From a virus (Duplodnaviria; Caudoviricetes): a stretch of 64,000 nucleotides of DNA. Location of the stretch: the IMG/VR virus record IMGVR_UViG_2882674194_000007, positions 32,001 to 96,000 of that record; one strand, written 5' to 3'. The position numbers were made by a program, and so were the translations under genes. The notes beneath the pieces were generated by a model. It saw nothing but the letters and a program-made list of their open reading frames with translations. It searched no databases and was not told the origin of the DNA. The number at the start of each line of letters is the position of its first letter. Position 1 is the first letter of the stretch. This document shows positions 18,717 through 29,251 of this stretch, piece after piece.

Positions 18717-20357
18717 ATGTTTACAGGTAATAAAGACTTTTACCCTACACCACAAAATATTATTGACAAGATGCTTTTTGATTTAGATTTTACAATGATA
18801 AAAAGTATTTTGGAACCATCGGCGGGTAAGGGGGATATAGTTGAGACATTAAAGAAGAAAGAAGGAAACCATAATAAATATTATGGCAAACAATACTATC
18901 AGTTTGATATTGATTGTATAGAAGCTGATCAGAATCTGCAGCATATTCTTAAAGGGAAAAATTTCCGTGTTGTTTATAATGATTTTCTTACATATAACAC
19001 GATGAAGGAATACGATCTAATTATTATGAATCCGCCTTTTTCTAACGGTTGCAAACATCTTTTAAAGGCTTTAGAAATGCAACAAAGAAATGGCGGTGCG
19101 GTTGTGTGTCTTCTCAATGCGGAAACTTTAAAAAATCTATGTACAAATGATAGGCAGTATTTACAGCGTAAACTCACAGAATATAACGCAAAAATTGAGT
19201 TTATACAAAATGCTTTTCTGGATGCGGAACGGAAAACGGCGGTTGAAATTGCGCTTGTAAAGGTTCAGCTTCCAGAGGTGCAAAGAGAATCTTTTATATT
19301 GGAAAGATTAAGAAAAGCAAAAGATCAAAAAGAATTTCAGGCAGAGGAAAGCACAAAACTAATTGATAGTGATTTTTTCAAGGCTATTGTAAAACAATAT
19401 CAGTTAGAAGTGGAAGCAGGAATAAAATTGATTAAAGAATATTATGCAATGCAGCCGTTTATTTTGTCACAGTTTGGAAAAGACGAAAAGACAGGGGAAA
19501 CGATACAAAAAGGCGGCTGTATTATCTCCATGACTTGTAGTAAAAATGGGCTTTCTGTTAATGAATATATAAAAATGGTGCGGAGTAAATATTGGAATGC
19601 ACTTTTTGAAAATAAAAGATTTATAGGGCAGCTTACAAATAATCTGCAAAGAGATTTTTATAATAAAGTGGAAGAATTAAGTAACTATGATTTTTCACTT
19701 TATAATATCTACCAGTTAAAAATTGATATACAGAAAAAAGTTGTTAAAGGAATAGAGGATACCATAATAGATCTTTTTGATGAATTAAGTTATAAATACC
19801 ATTGGCTTGATGAAACGTCAAAAAACATTCACTATTACAATGGATGGAAAACAAACAAGGGATGGATAATCAATAAAAAAGTGATTATTCCTTTAAATGG
19901 TTTTTATGACCTTAATTATTCATGGGGAGGATTCAGACCGTCAAGGCATGATGTTGTAAGTAAATTACAGGATATAGAAAAATGTTTTAACTATCTTGAT
20001 GGAGGGCTAACAGAAGCGGTTGATCTGGAAGAATCCCTAAAGTTTGCAGAGGAATACGGAGAGACAAAGAATATACAGTTAAAGTATTTTACTGTCACAT
20101 TCTACAAAAAAGGTACATGTCATATTGTATTTAACAATGACGAGTTACTGAAAAAATTTAATATATTTGGTTCTCAGCACAAAGGATGGTTGCCACCTTC
20201 CTACGGAAAGAAGGATTATAAAAATATGACAGCAGAAGAAAAAGCAGTTGTAAATGAGTTTGAAGGAGAAAAAGAGTATAGCAAAGTTATTTCTAATAAA
20301 GAGTATTACTTGTTTGATGGAAATAATCTGAATTTACTGGAAGAGAAAACGGCATAA
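18717..20357 (+). CDS. N6-adenine DNA methyltransferase, DUF4942-type
   Basis: FYPTP, ILEPSAGKG, IIMNPPF motifs; YKKGTCHI C-terminal domain. Confidence 0.85.
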   Translation: MFTGNKDFYPTPQNIIDKMLFDLDFTMIKSILEPSAGKGDIVETLKKKEGNHNKYYGKQYYQFDIDCIEADQNLQHILKGKNFRVVYNDFLTYNTMKEYDLIIMNPPFSNGCKHLLKALEMQQRNGGAVVCLLNAETLKNLCTNDRQYLQRKLTEYNAKIEFIQNAFLDAERKTAVEIALVKVQLPEVQRESFILERLRKAKDQKEFQAEESTKLIDSDFFKAIVKQYQLEVEAGIKLIKEYYAMQPFILSQFGKDEKTGETIQKGGCIISMTCSKNGLSVNEYIKMVRSKYWNALFENKRFIGQLTNNLQRDFYNKVEELSNYDFSLYNIYQLKIDIQKKVVKGIEDTIIDLFDELSYKYHWLDETSKNIHYYNGWKTNKGWIINKKVIIPLNGFYDLNYSWGGFRPSRHDVVSKLQDIEKCFNYLDGGLTEAVDLEESLKFAEEYGETKNIQLKYFTVTFYKKGTCHIVFNNDELLKKFNIFGSQHKGWLPPSYGKKDYKNMTAEEKAVVNEFEGEKEYSKVISNKEYYLFDGNNLNLLEEKTA

Positions 20358-20391
20358 AGCCGATGAAATTGTAATTTGAAGGGAAAAACAC

Positions 20392-20595
20392 ATGAACACA
20401 ATACCACGATATATGAAAGAGTATGCTAATGCGCAGCGCAAAAGCTATATGAACAATGAATTAATGCAGAAAAAGTACAAAGATGCAGCCGTGGAAATTA
20501 TAGAACGTATTTTAAAAAATGTGGAGCATGGATTCATTACAATAGATGAGGGGATGAAAGCGTTATGTGATCCGCTTGATGGAATAGTTTTGTAG
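20392..20595 (+). CDS. Hypothetical protein
   Basis: RBS; co-oriented. Confidence 0.7.
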   Translation: MNTIPRYMKEYANAQRKSYMNNELMQKKYKDAAVEIIERILKNVEHGFITIDEGMKALCDPLDGIVL

Positions 20596-20680
20596 GCAGT
20601 TAGAACGGCTATTGAGAATATAAGGATATAGCCGTTTTATAGTGCTTATAAATTTCATAATAAGTAGAGAGGAAAACACT

Positions 20681-21103
20681 ATGAAGAAAATAACTAAGAC
20701 TATTTTAAAAATTGCAGTTATCGGAACCATGCTTGCTAGTGCTTATCTGTTAGGCACTACACGCACAGAGACTGTCATAGAGACACAGAAAGTCATTGAG
20801 ATGGTGGAAGTTATACCAGATGGTTATATCGGCTTAAATGAGGCTATACCACTGGAAGATGTGGCTTGCTGGTTCATGGATGGATATGACTACCCATGTT
20901 TTGAACTGAAAGACGTGGCTACACAGTACAACGCAGATAATACGCGATCATATGCGGATATTCTGGAAACATTACCAGACCATACAGCCGAATTTCAAGA
21001 AAATTTCATTGATATGCGAATGGTGGATGACTTTGTAGCCACGGAAAACGGCTTACACCTCTATTTTGAGGATGGAACAGGCCACTACATAGAAATAGAT
21101 TAA
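20681..21103 (+). CDS. Membrane-anchored or secreted hypothetical protein
   Basis: MKKITK followed by a hydrophobic stretch. Confidence 0.7.
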   Translation: MKKITKTILKIAVIGTMLASAYLLGTTRTETVIETQKVIEMVEVIPDGYIGLNEAIPLEDVACWFMDGYDYPCFELKDVATQYNADNTRSYADILETLPDHTAEFQENFIDMRMVDDFVATENGLHLYFEDGTGHYIEID

Positions 21104-21134
21104 GAAAGTACATAGAGGAGGGCAAAAAAGGGAA

Positions 21135-21368
21135 ATGATGGCACAATTCAAATATACAGAAATTACAACGCGATCTGGTAATACGAAAGTATGTGTCTTT
21201 CGGAAAGTAAAAACAATGTCACCGTATAAAAAACGATGGCTTATACAGAAAATCCTAGGCGCTGTGCTGATTGTTGCTTGTGTAGCCGGATGTTGTAACA
21301 TGCCAGAAGATTGCGGAGGTTTTATTGTAGGTGGATTAATGGGGATAGTAAGGGTTGTTTGTGATTAA
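21135..21368 (+). CDS. Small membrane protein
   Basis: Two hydrophobic segments. Confidence 0.6.
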   Translation: MMAQFKYTEITTRSGNTKVCVFRKVKTMSPYKKRWLIQKILGAVLIVACVAGCCNMPEDCGGFIVGGLMGIVRVVCD

Positions 21369-21394
21369 CAATAGTAGAAGGGAGATTTTGAACT

Positions 21395-21637
21395 ATGACT
21401 AAAATAGAATATAGTAAATGTGTGAAACTTATGGAAGAAGCCATCTGGAAAGCCAATAATTCTAATGAGGATTATAGGGCATATGAGCGTTTGAAAAAAG
21501 AAGGGAAAAGTGTTGATGCAGAATGTAAGTTACGTGTAGCAGATCAAGAAATTGGATATGCAGAAGGAATAAATCAGGCACTTGCTACACTTGGCTTTAA
21601 ACATGACAGAATGAAGGAATTATCTGAGTTGCTGTAA
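21395..21637 (+). CDS. Hypothetical protein
   Basis: RBS; stop overlaps the palindromic motif. Confidence 0.7.
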   Translation: MTKIEYSKCVKLMEEAIWKANNSNEDYRAYERLKKEGKSVDAECKLRVADQEIGYAEGINQALATLGFKHDRMKELSELL

Positions 21638-21650
21638 ATCGTGTATTTCA

Positions 21651-21935
21651 TTGGAGGGAATAAAGGTGGAAAGGGTTTTAATTTTTAAATATCCGATTGA
21701 ATTTTCGGATAAAGTAAAGCAAATAAAAGAAGCATTTAAAATTCATAACATAGAGTTTATATGTTATGAATCAAACGGATATTATGATCATGAATTTATG
21801 GTCAGAAAGTCAGGTAAAAGATGGAATGATATATATACTATTATTAATTCTGTTAGACCAGCAAAGTATGAGTTTAAGAAGACTTGTATTGAAGTGATAA
21901 ATGGAGAATTAAAAGAGATAGTATATTGTCAATGA
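21651..21935 (+). CDS. Hypothetical protein
   Basis: Bounded by motif copies at 21635 and 21933. Confidence 0.65.
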   Translation: MEGIKVERVLIFKYPIEFSDKVKQIKEAFKIHNIEFICYESNGYYDHEFMVRKSGKRWNDIYTIINSVRPAKYEFKKTCIEVINGELKEIVYCQ

Positions 21936-22334
21936 AACTACTGATTCAACCATAGAAGGGATAAAGCATGAAAAAATATGGATTCAAAAAATTAAATAAT
22001 GGATGGCGTTTCAAAATCGGTGGAACGTCTGGAGAAGCGTTTGGAATTACACTAAGATATTTTAATAAATGTGGCTTTCGGCTTCTAATAAATTTTAATA
22101 CGGATTTTCTTATAAATCTTTTTGGATTCAATCAAAAGATTATTGGTGTTTGAAAGCTCCTACAAGTCCATTTAAAGCCTTAAATCAGCGCATATGCAAA
22201 TATGTATGTGCGTTGCATTAAGTCCTTAAATAAGGCAAATAAACAGTATAGAAAGAGAAGTATAGAGCAAGTGACAAGTGGAAATGTTGCTTGCTTTTAT
22301 TATTGGAAAATCAAATAGAATGGAGGAAATTTTT

Positions 22335-22979
22335 ATGCGTACAGTAACAGAAACTTACAATGTGTATACTTATCCTGAGTTGTCGGAGGAAGCAAAAGAA
22401 AAAGTTAATCAGTGGTATCTTGATGATCCGTGCAGAAATGACGAATTTTCGGAAATTTACACAGAGGATTTACACAATCTTTTCCCGGGAAGTGATTTAA
22501 AGATGCAATATTCATTATCATATTGTCAGGGAGACGGTTTAAATATTTACGGAGAACTTGACTTGATGGATGTATTTAAGGCAATCCGGAACAAGTTATA
22601 TTGTGGTGAAACATTCAAGGATTTTTGGGATTATATGACGGAACATGAGCAGAAGACCATAGAGGCATATATGGAAGTTTGTGGAAGAACTGTTACATTG
22701 CCTTATAATGACGGACATTATAATTATTGCGTATCTGATAAGACGGATTTTGCTGAAGGTTGGATATATGATCTTGAATATCAGCAGTATAAAAATATTC
22801 AGGTTGACACAATCCGAAAAATGGAAAAATTAGTTGCTGATATGTTTGTAATGCTTTCTAAACAATATGAAGAATACGGCTATAAATATTTTTATGAAGC
22901 GGATGAAGAAGAAGTAACAGAAACTTGTGAAGCTAATGGATGGGAATTTTTAGAAGATGGAACATTCTATGCAGCATAA
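22335..22979 (+). CDS. Acidic early phage protein
   Basis: YPELSEEAKEKV...CEANGWEFLEDG pattern recalled from early/anti-defence regions. Confidence 0.65.
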   Translation: MRTVTETYNVYTYPELSEEAKEKVNQWYLDDPCRNDEFSEIYTEDLHNLFPGSDLKMQYSLSYCQGDGLNIYGELDLMDVFKAIRNKLYCGETFKDFWDYMTEHEQKTIEAYMEVCGRTVTLPYNDGHYNYCVSDKTDFAEGWIYDLEYQQYKNIQVDTIRKMEKLVADMFVMLSKQYEEYGYKYFYEADEEEVTETCEANGWEFLEDGTFYAA

Positions 22980-22991
22980 GGAGGGCAAGAC

Positions 22992-23222
22992 ATGAGCACA
23001 AACGACTACATAAGGCAATCAGCAAATAAATACCATTGGCACAAATATTATTCTGTTATGCGTCCTGTAAGTATCGGAACGCATCCTAAAAATGGAATGA
23101 TGGATTTTATCAACTATGATTGCAGAACGGAAGTAAATGGGCGTATGGTATGGGCTGAGTTGTACTATAACCGGGAATTGACACAGAATGAAATGGAAGA
23201 ATTTGAGATGATCAGAGGATAG
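22992..23222 (+). CDS. DarA C-terminal-domain-like anti-restriction protein
   Basis: YYSVMRPVSIGTHPK...YNRELT...EFEM. Confidence 0.65.
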   Translation: MSTNDYIRQSANKYHWHKYYSVMRPVSIGTHPKNGMMDFINYDCRTEVNGRMVWAELYYNRELTQNEMEEFEMIRG

Positions 23223-23234
23223 GGAGGAGATAAC

Positions 23235-23456
23235 ATGAAACATAAAGAACTTTATGATGCTATTACAGATTTTCGGATAAAATATGGTAGCCGGAAATTT
23301 AATGATGATGAAAATATGACAGCATATAGAAATCTTGTTGATATGTCTATTAAGTGTGGAATTATACCAGAATGTAATAGGAAAGAATATTCTACACATG
23401 GGAGATTAATGGCAGCTATCACATATGAAGGTAATAGAATAGCATTTTGCCAATGA
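23235..23456 (+). CDS. Hypothetical protein
   Basis: GGAGGAG RBS; stop overlaps motif. Confidence 0.7.
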   Translation: MKHKELYDAITDFRIKYGSRKFNDDENMTAYRNLVDMSIKCGIIPECNRKEYSTHGRLMAAITYEGNRIAFCQ

Positions 23457-23483
23457 AAGAATCGTTTGAACGGAGGAAAATTT

Positions 23484-23729
23484 ATGAGTAAAACAACAGA
23501 ATGTAAATTAGTGAGCGTAATTACGGAATATTGGTTTAAATGCATTTCGAAAGAAGATGACAGACAAGCAGATAGAGATATAAATAATTTGCTTGAAATT
23601 TTTGTAAGAGATTGTAATGTGTCATATTATTATGATGATTTAGATAGAACGATTTTTAATCTTACAAATTCACAGAAGCGCAAATTATATAAGAATATGT
23701 TAAATAGTGGTATTCTTGAAAGACAATAA
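23484..23729 (+). CDS. Hypothetical protein
   Basis: GGAGG RBS. Confidence 0.7.
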   Translation: MSKTTECKLVSVITEYWFKCISKEDDRQADRDINNLLEIFVRDCNVSYYYDDLDRTIFNLTNSQKRKLYKNMLNSGILERQ

Positions 23730-23844
23730 ATTGTATTTATAACCAGTTAGAAGGCATTAGCGGAAATATTCGTTAGTGCCTTCTATAGTGGATATAAACA
23801 CAGAATAAATGGAGAAATAGAGAGTGGAAAGGATGGTTTTTACT

Positions 23845-24369
23845 ATGGGAAACAAAACATTATTAGAAAGATTTACAGAGCTTGCAAACAATAGAAAAGC
23901 GGAAATTATAGAATTACAAAATATGTACTTACTGAAACAGATTGAAAATGAAATGGTTCAGGAACGATTTAAGGAAGTAGATAATAAAGTATTAGCAGAG
24001 AATCCCTTTTACTCTAACCGTGATTGCGAACGGAGCGAAAGCGGAAATAAAATTTCTAAAGGTGATAGGATTCTTTCAAGTGACGATCAGTGGCTTATGA
24101 ATATAGAGGATTATGATAAATTTCTGGAAATTTGCAAAAAAGAGAATTATGTTGTTGGTCTTACTGATGAAGAAGGAAGATATACAGAGGAAACTAATAC
24201 GGAAAATCAGTTAAAAGATATTAAGGAAAAGCTGATCCGTTTGTCAGTGGAAATTTTACCAGAGGATTTTCCTAACAAAAAGTTGTTAGAGGATGCTATT
24301 GAGTATAAGGGATGTCAGTCTTATAAAACACGAGAAACACTTTTTGAATTTGTTATGAAATTGAGATAA
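23845..24369 (+). CDS. Hypothetical protein
   Basis: AAGGA RBS, 174 aa. Confidence 0.75.
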   Translation: MGNKTLLERFTELANNRKAEIIELQNMYLLKQIENEMVQERFKEVDNKVLAENPFYSNRDCERSESGNKISKGDRILSSDDQWLMNIEDYDKFLEICKKENYVVGLTDEEGRYTEETNTENQLKDIKEKLIRLSVEILPEDFPNKKLLEDAIEYKGCQSYKTRETLFEFVMKLR

Positions 24370-24565
24370 ACGGATGAATCAATGGATTCATGGAAGGAGA
24401 AGTTATGAGAGGGATCAAGAATCCGAATGTGGATATTAAAACAGACGGAAATGATATTATTGTAACAGATGGAAAGACGGAATATTTTCGGAAACCAAAA
24501 ACGAAACAGACAGTTGCTATTGCACATGATATTTATTTTGCAGAAAAGTATATGGATTTGGAGGA

Positions 24566-24817
24566 ATGATCATGAAAAAATATTCATATGCGGTGGAAAA
24601 CCATTTCCAAAACGTCATTAAAAAATCGTGGAGTTGGGGAAAATTGACAAAGGAAGAACGCCAACGATTTATTGATATGAATGTATTTGACAAGATAAAA
24701 GGAAACGATCAGACAAGAATAGAGTGGTTAAATACTATATATCAATCTTTCTTGGCTGCATTGGATTTTAAACCTATCGGATGGAGAGAAGAGGAAAAAG
24801 ATATTCCTCAATTTTAA
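24566..24817 (+). CDS. Hypothetical protein
   Basis: GGAGG RBS. Confidence 0.7.
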   Translation: MIMKKYSYAVENHFQNVIKKSWSWGKLTKEERQRFIDMNVFDKIKGNDQTRIEWLNTIYQSFLAALDFKPIGWREEEKDIPQF

Positions 24818-24867
24818 GTAACAAAAGGCAAGGAAATAATGATTTTAAGTAGAAAGAGAGGAAAACT

Positions 24868-25392
24868 ATGAAAAACAGAGTTATGAATTATAAAGGATAT
24901 GTTATCAGTACAGAAGAAGGAATAGAAAAGGGATTATTTTTTAGGAATCCATTACAGGAAGCTAGTTTTGATGCTTATTATGATGAACCTAAAATGTCGG
25001 CATGGAAATATTTGTATGATATTAAAAATCCTTTTAGAAGGGTTTTTGAAATCCTGATCGGCAATGGAAACATTGTTAAAAATATCAAAGAATGGTCTAA
25101 TGATGCGGATTGGGGAGGATTTACAGGAAATATTTTGTGTTGCCCGATTTATTTCAAGAGAGAATACAGGCGGTTAAACGCCGTATCAAGTGGAAGTGAC
25201 AACATTCAGGAAATTAATTCTTATGGATATGAGGGCGAATTTGAAATTTGTGCTGGGCATTGTAAGACGGAAAAAACTGTCATTAAAATGAAGAATGGAA
25301 AGAAGATCAGAATTAAAAGAGGTAAATCATATCATTTCACATATGAACATTTTGTAAAAGAAATTATTGATACGGGTGTTATCAGCGAATAA
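24868..25392 (+). CDS. Hypothetical protein
   Basis: Bounded by motif copies at 24832 and 25400. Confidence 0.75.
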   Translation: MKNRVMNYKGYVISTEEGIEKGLFFRNPLQEASFDAYYDEPKMSAWKYLYDIKNPFRRVFEILIGNGNIVKNIKEWSNDADWGGFTGNILCCPIYFKREYRRLNAVSSGSDNIQEINSYGYEGEFEICAGHCKTEKTVIKMKNGKKIRIKRGKSYHFTYEHFVKEIIDTGVISE

Positions 25393-25426
25393 AAGTCAAT
25401 AAAAACACAATTTTGAGGAGGAATAT

Positions 25427-25597
25427 ATGATTAAGGCTGGGATAATTAGATAATTTGATGATCTTGGAAGAATTGTAATTCCTAGATCGGTAAGACAGGA
25501 AGTTTTTGGAACAAGTAAAAATGAAGGGAAATCAATGAAAATTTTTTATGAAAAAGATGGAACAATTATACTTAAACCAATAAAAGTGGAGGGATAA
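25427..25597 (+). pseudogene. AbrB/SpoVT-family regulator with premature stop
   Basis: MIKAGIIR*FDDLGRIVIP; TAA at 25451. Confidence 0.75.
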
Positions 25598-25601
25598 TAA
25601 T

Positions 25602-25844
25602 ATGGCTCAATATGGAATAAGTGTAAGGGAAATTTTGAAGAGAACTGTTATTGTAGAAGCGGAAAGTCTTGAGGAAGCAATACAGAAAGTAGAAGATGCT
25701 GTGGAACGTGAGGAAATCATTCTGGATGTAGATGATTATGACGATCGGGAAATTGTACCGTCTGAATATTTTGGTAACGGCTCAGGAGAAGTTCCTGAAG
25801 GGGAAGATGTTAGTTCCTATTGGCACATTGGAGAAGATAATTGA
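25602..25844 (+). CDS. DpnD/PcfM family protein
   Basis: VREILKRTVIVEAESLEEAIQKVEDA...IILD. Confidence 0.75.
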   Translation: MAQYGISVREILKRTVIVEAESLEEAIQKVEDAVEREEIILDVDDYDDREIVPSEYFGNGSGEVPEGEDVSSYWHIGEDN

Positions 25845-25878
25845 GTACTTAGATTCAGGATTTTGTGAGGGAATAAAT

Positions 25879-26157
25879 ATGTGTAAATATTGTGAAAGAG
25901 AAATATGTGAATCATGTACAACGAATAGAGGATCTACTAATTGTTTACATTGCGAGCAACATGACGAGTATACATTCAAATGGAATTATTGTCCTATGTG
26001 TGGCGAATTATATAGAACTTGGGAAAATGGGCATGAATATGTAAGAAATCATTATTTAGATTTGGATAAAATTCGTGCGTATGAATCAAAAACAGCACCA
26101 CATAAAGTACATATTCTTTTGATTGATGAAAATGGGAATAAAGAATTTACTTTTTAA
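25879..26157 (+). CDS. Cys-rich zinc-binding protein
   Basis: Multiple CxxC, YCPMCG. Confidence 0.7.
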   Translation: MCKYCEREICESCTTNRGSTNCLHCEQHDEYTFKWNYCPMCGELYRTWENGHEYVRNHYLDLDKIRAYESKTAPHKVHILLIDENGNKEFTF

Positions 26158-26209
26158 TGTTTTGAAATCGGAATTTCAATGGCAAATAAAGAAAAGAGAG
26201 GATATTAAA

Positions 26210-26938
26210 ATGAAAGAATTTAGAGTAGCAAAGTGTTTAGGAAATGACGGTGTACAGGAATATGCGATTTTTGCGGACGGATCAAGAAAGAAGCGCATTT
26301 ATATTGACGAACAGTACGGAAAGTATTTTGAGGTTGACAATGAACTCAATACGGATTGTAAAACGTGTTTAAAATATAGCTTTTCTGGAAGAATCAAAGA
26401 TGCTATTGACACAATTAAAAGTGGGAATGGTGATTGCATCAAGCAGATTAATTTTTTCGGAAAACATGATAAAGTTTTATACTTCATTGATCGGAAGGTT
26501 GGAGAAGAACTGAGACAAAAGTCACTTGAAGGATGGAAAGATACAAAGTTTGCATGGGCAGTAGAATGTGGGAATAAGAATAGTTTTTCTGGATATGCTC
26601 CAATTAATTTAAAAGGAGAAAGAATTTCAATGTTTGATGAAGAAAGAACTGTTAAAACATTTGACACAAAAGATAAGGCAGAAGAGTATGTTAAAGGTTT
26701 GTTGGAAAAAGCTGCTTTCTATGCAAAGAGACTGGCAAATAGATATCACGAAGCTGAAGAAGATGAAAAAGAAAATGTAATTGATCAGACAATTAAAGAT
26801 ATAAATGAATTTGCTGGAACTCAGTTTAGTGTTTTGAGTGACTTTGTATTCGATATGCTTACAGGAGATTGCGAACTTAAATCTTTTGAGTGTACGCTTG
26901 ATGAATATGGATATAAGATTATTCAGTGCATTGCATAA
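26210..26938 (+). CDS. Hypothetical protein
   Basis: GAGGA RBS before ATG 26210. Confidence 0.75.
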   Translation: MKEFRVAKCLGNDGVQEYAIFADGSRKKRIYIDEQYGKYFEVDNELNTDCKTCLKYSFSGRIKDAIDTIKSGNGDCIKQINFFGKHDKVLYFIDRKVGEELRQKSLEGWKDTKFAWAVECGNKNSFSGYAPINLKGERISMFDEERTVKTFDTKDKAEEYVKGLLEKAAFYAKRLANRYHEAEEDEKENVIDQTIKDINEFAGTQFSVLSDFVFDMLTGDCELKSFECTLDEYGYKIIQCIA

Positions 26939-26964
26939 TAGGCAACGAAAGGAAGGTAAATAGT

Positions 26965-27165
26965 GTGAAATATATTAAAGGTAAAGGAATATTAGTTGGA
27001 ACATATAATGAAAATGATTTGAAAAATGGTAAAGATAAAATCGATGTATTGAATATATCTAAAGAAACAGGATTTAACTATACAAATAATGAGTTTGTAA
27101 AAAGAAATGGAAAAATTGTTGGAATTAAAATTTATGTTTGTAAAATAGAAGATTTTAAAATATAG
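26965..27165 (+). CDS. Hypothetical protein apparently inserted at the start of a DpnD-like gene
   Basis: AAATATA direct repeats at 26968 and 27158. Confidence 0.65.
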   Translation: MKYIKGKGILVGTYNENDLKNGKDKIDVLNISKETGFNYTNNEFVKRNGKIVGIKIYVCKIEDFKI

Positions 27166-27343
27166 GGTAGAAATCGTGGAAACATATAGAAGATATGTGG
27201 AAGTGGAAGCACAGGACGAAGATGCAGCTTATCAGGATATAGATGATAAGATTGCAGAAGGTGAGATTGATCTTTCTTGTGATGGAGAAGATTATAAGTA
27301 TGATAGAGAATTGTTTGTGTTGGAAGTTAAAGAAAATGAGTGA
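27158..27343 (+). pseudogene. DpnD/PcfM-like gene separated from its start codon
   Basis: KYRVEIVETYRRYVEVEAQDEDAAY...; start restored if 190 bp is removed. Confidence 0.65.
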
Positions 27344-27357
27344 TTGGAGGAAATAAA

Positions 27358-27633
27358 ATGAAGATAACAGAAGATATGGTAACGGTTTTTAATCAAACTT
27401 TGGAAAATTTGAATTGTGGATTCAGATTAAAGTTTGAAAATGGAATGTGCGGGAATGGGCAGTGTGTAGTTGTTCCCTCAAATGATATGTTTATTCAAAG
27501 TTCAATCATTAATCTTACAGAGGAATTTTACACGGTTTTGGAAGAGTTCTTTAGCAAAAGAGGTATAGAACTGTCTTACAATAATGATGGTTCTATATTT
27601 TGGAGTAAAGATGGCTGGAAAGACGTTGTGTAA
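27358..27633 (+). CDS. Hypothetical protein
   Basis: GGAGG RBS. Confidence 0.7.
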   Translation: MKITEDMVTVFNQTLENLNCGFRLKFENGMCGNGQCVVVPSNDMFIQSSIINLTEEFYTVLEEFFSKRGIELSYNNDGSIFWSKDGWKDVV

Positions 27634-27679
27634 AACATACAATGAATTTCGCATTTCAAAGCTAAAATGGGAGGTTATT

Positions 27680-28636
27680 ATGACACAAAAGGAATATATG
27701 CTTACAAGAGACATGGGAAATTGGTTATTCTATGCGATGTATACGCTTGGGATGAAAGCAAATGAAGCCACTCTCATGTGGAATAATAAAAACAATGTTG
27801 GTAAAAAACTGATTTGTGAGTGTATAGGTGAAGAAAACAATAAACCAGGAACACGACTTTTTATTCGCAATGTAACAAATATTTTTGTAGATGCTCATAA
27901 GAAAAACGGATGGTGGAATACATTTACTCTTTCTAAAGAAAAAGTTGAGAAGGGTTTATGGCTTGCTGAAGTTATTAGTTATCGCCTTGATAGAAATGGA
28001 TATCTTAATTCAGAAGTAAAAGTTATTATGCCAGTAAATGATATTGCCTTCCATACATTGTTTTCTGAGAAAAAAGGTACTTGGAATAGTAGCGCATGGT
28101 GGCTTATGATGGTAGTTTCTAATGCATTTTTGAGAGAATATGATTTCTCGACACATAGAATAAATCATAAACCAAATTTTGGTGAATTGAAAAAGAGATT
28201 CCCTATATTTGATGGACTATCTGCAAAAGAAATTGGAGAAAAAGCACTCTATATGTATCTCAATAGTAAAATTACTATAGAGGAAATCGAAGATTGTTTA
28301 GACACTCCTAATGATTGGGAAAAACTTATTTCAAATGTATCTTCTGCTGTATTGCGTGGCGATGCCGAAAGGTTATATGGGGATAAATATCCTCTATTCG
28401 CAAAAAAGGTATCTCATAATGTAGAAGATGGATATTCTGATTTTACAGAATGCAATACGGAAAATTATATCAGAAGGCAGATGGATTATTATGATGAACT
28501 GCTGAAAGATGGAAAAATAGAACCAATTGTTGGAGATGTGCTTGATATTGTGGAAACTGCACTTGCTTATAGAAAGTCATTGAAAGATGCTGAAAAAGCA
28601 GAAAAGAAGAGTCAAAAGAAAAATAAAGCAGTTTGA
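27680..28636 (+). CDS. Hypothetical protein
   Basis: GGAGG RBS; bounded by motifs at 27643 and 28644. Confidence 0.8.
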   Translation: MTQKEYMLTRDMGNWLFYAMYTLGMKANEATLMWNNKNNVGKKLICECIGEENNKPGTRLFIRNVTNIFVDAHKKNGWWNTFTLSKEKVEKGLWLAEVISYRLDRNGYLNSEVKVIMPVNDIAFHTLFSEKKGTWNSSAWWLMMVVSNAFLREYDFSTHRINHKPNFGELKKRFPIFDGLSAKEIGEKALYMYLNSKITIEEIEDCLDTPNDWEKLISNVSSAVLRGDAERLYGDKYPLFAKKVSHNVEDGYSDFTECNTENYIRRQMDYYDELLKDGKIEPIVGDVLDIVETALAYRKSLKDAEKAEKKSQKKNKAV

Positions 28637-28747
28637 TAGGCAATGAAATGTACCTTTTTAGTCCTTTTAATCGGACACATATAATAGTATAATGGAAACA
28701 TAAACGAACAGATCAAAGTCCTACATAGTAGGCAGAAAGGAAAATAT

Positions 28748-28951
28748 ATGGAAACTTTAATTGGATTGGCTGTTATCTTTTGTGTATGCTTTTTACCTGG
28801 AATCATCACAAATATTAAATTTGATAATCGGATGCCACCGGCAGGATATAAAACAGATTACGGTACAATGAGCCATGATTTAGCAATGGGAAAATCTAAG
28901 AATGAAGTGATGAGTAAAGCTAATCGGGGCGGTTATGATGTTAAAAAGTAA
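28748..28951 (+). CDS. Small membrane protein
   Basis: N-terminal hydrophobic helix; TATAAT upstream. Confidence 0.65.
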   Translation: METLIGLAVIFCVCFLPGIITNIKFDNRMPPAGYKTDYGTMSHDLAMGKSKNEVMSKANRGGYDVKK

Positions 28952-29251
28952 ATATGGAAGCGAATAGAAAGCCACTGGAAAATAATCTGGTGGCTTTTAT
29001 AGTGGAGAAAATAAGGAAAGAAGGACAAAATAGAATGGATAAGAATACATACACACTTGGAAAGAAATTTGAATGTTGCGGAAAGACTATGGTAACTGTT
29101 ATAATTAAAGGCAGAGCAGCTTGTGTAATGACAGAGTTGGAATATAACAGGATTATTGAGACAGAGAGGAAATATTTACGGAATAATAGATTAAGAAGAT
29201 CAGCATAGACAGAAAAGGATTATTTCATTGAGAAAATTGGAGGGTTAAAAT

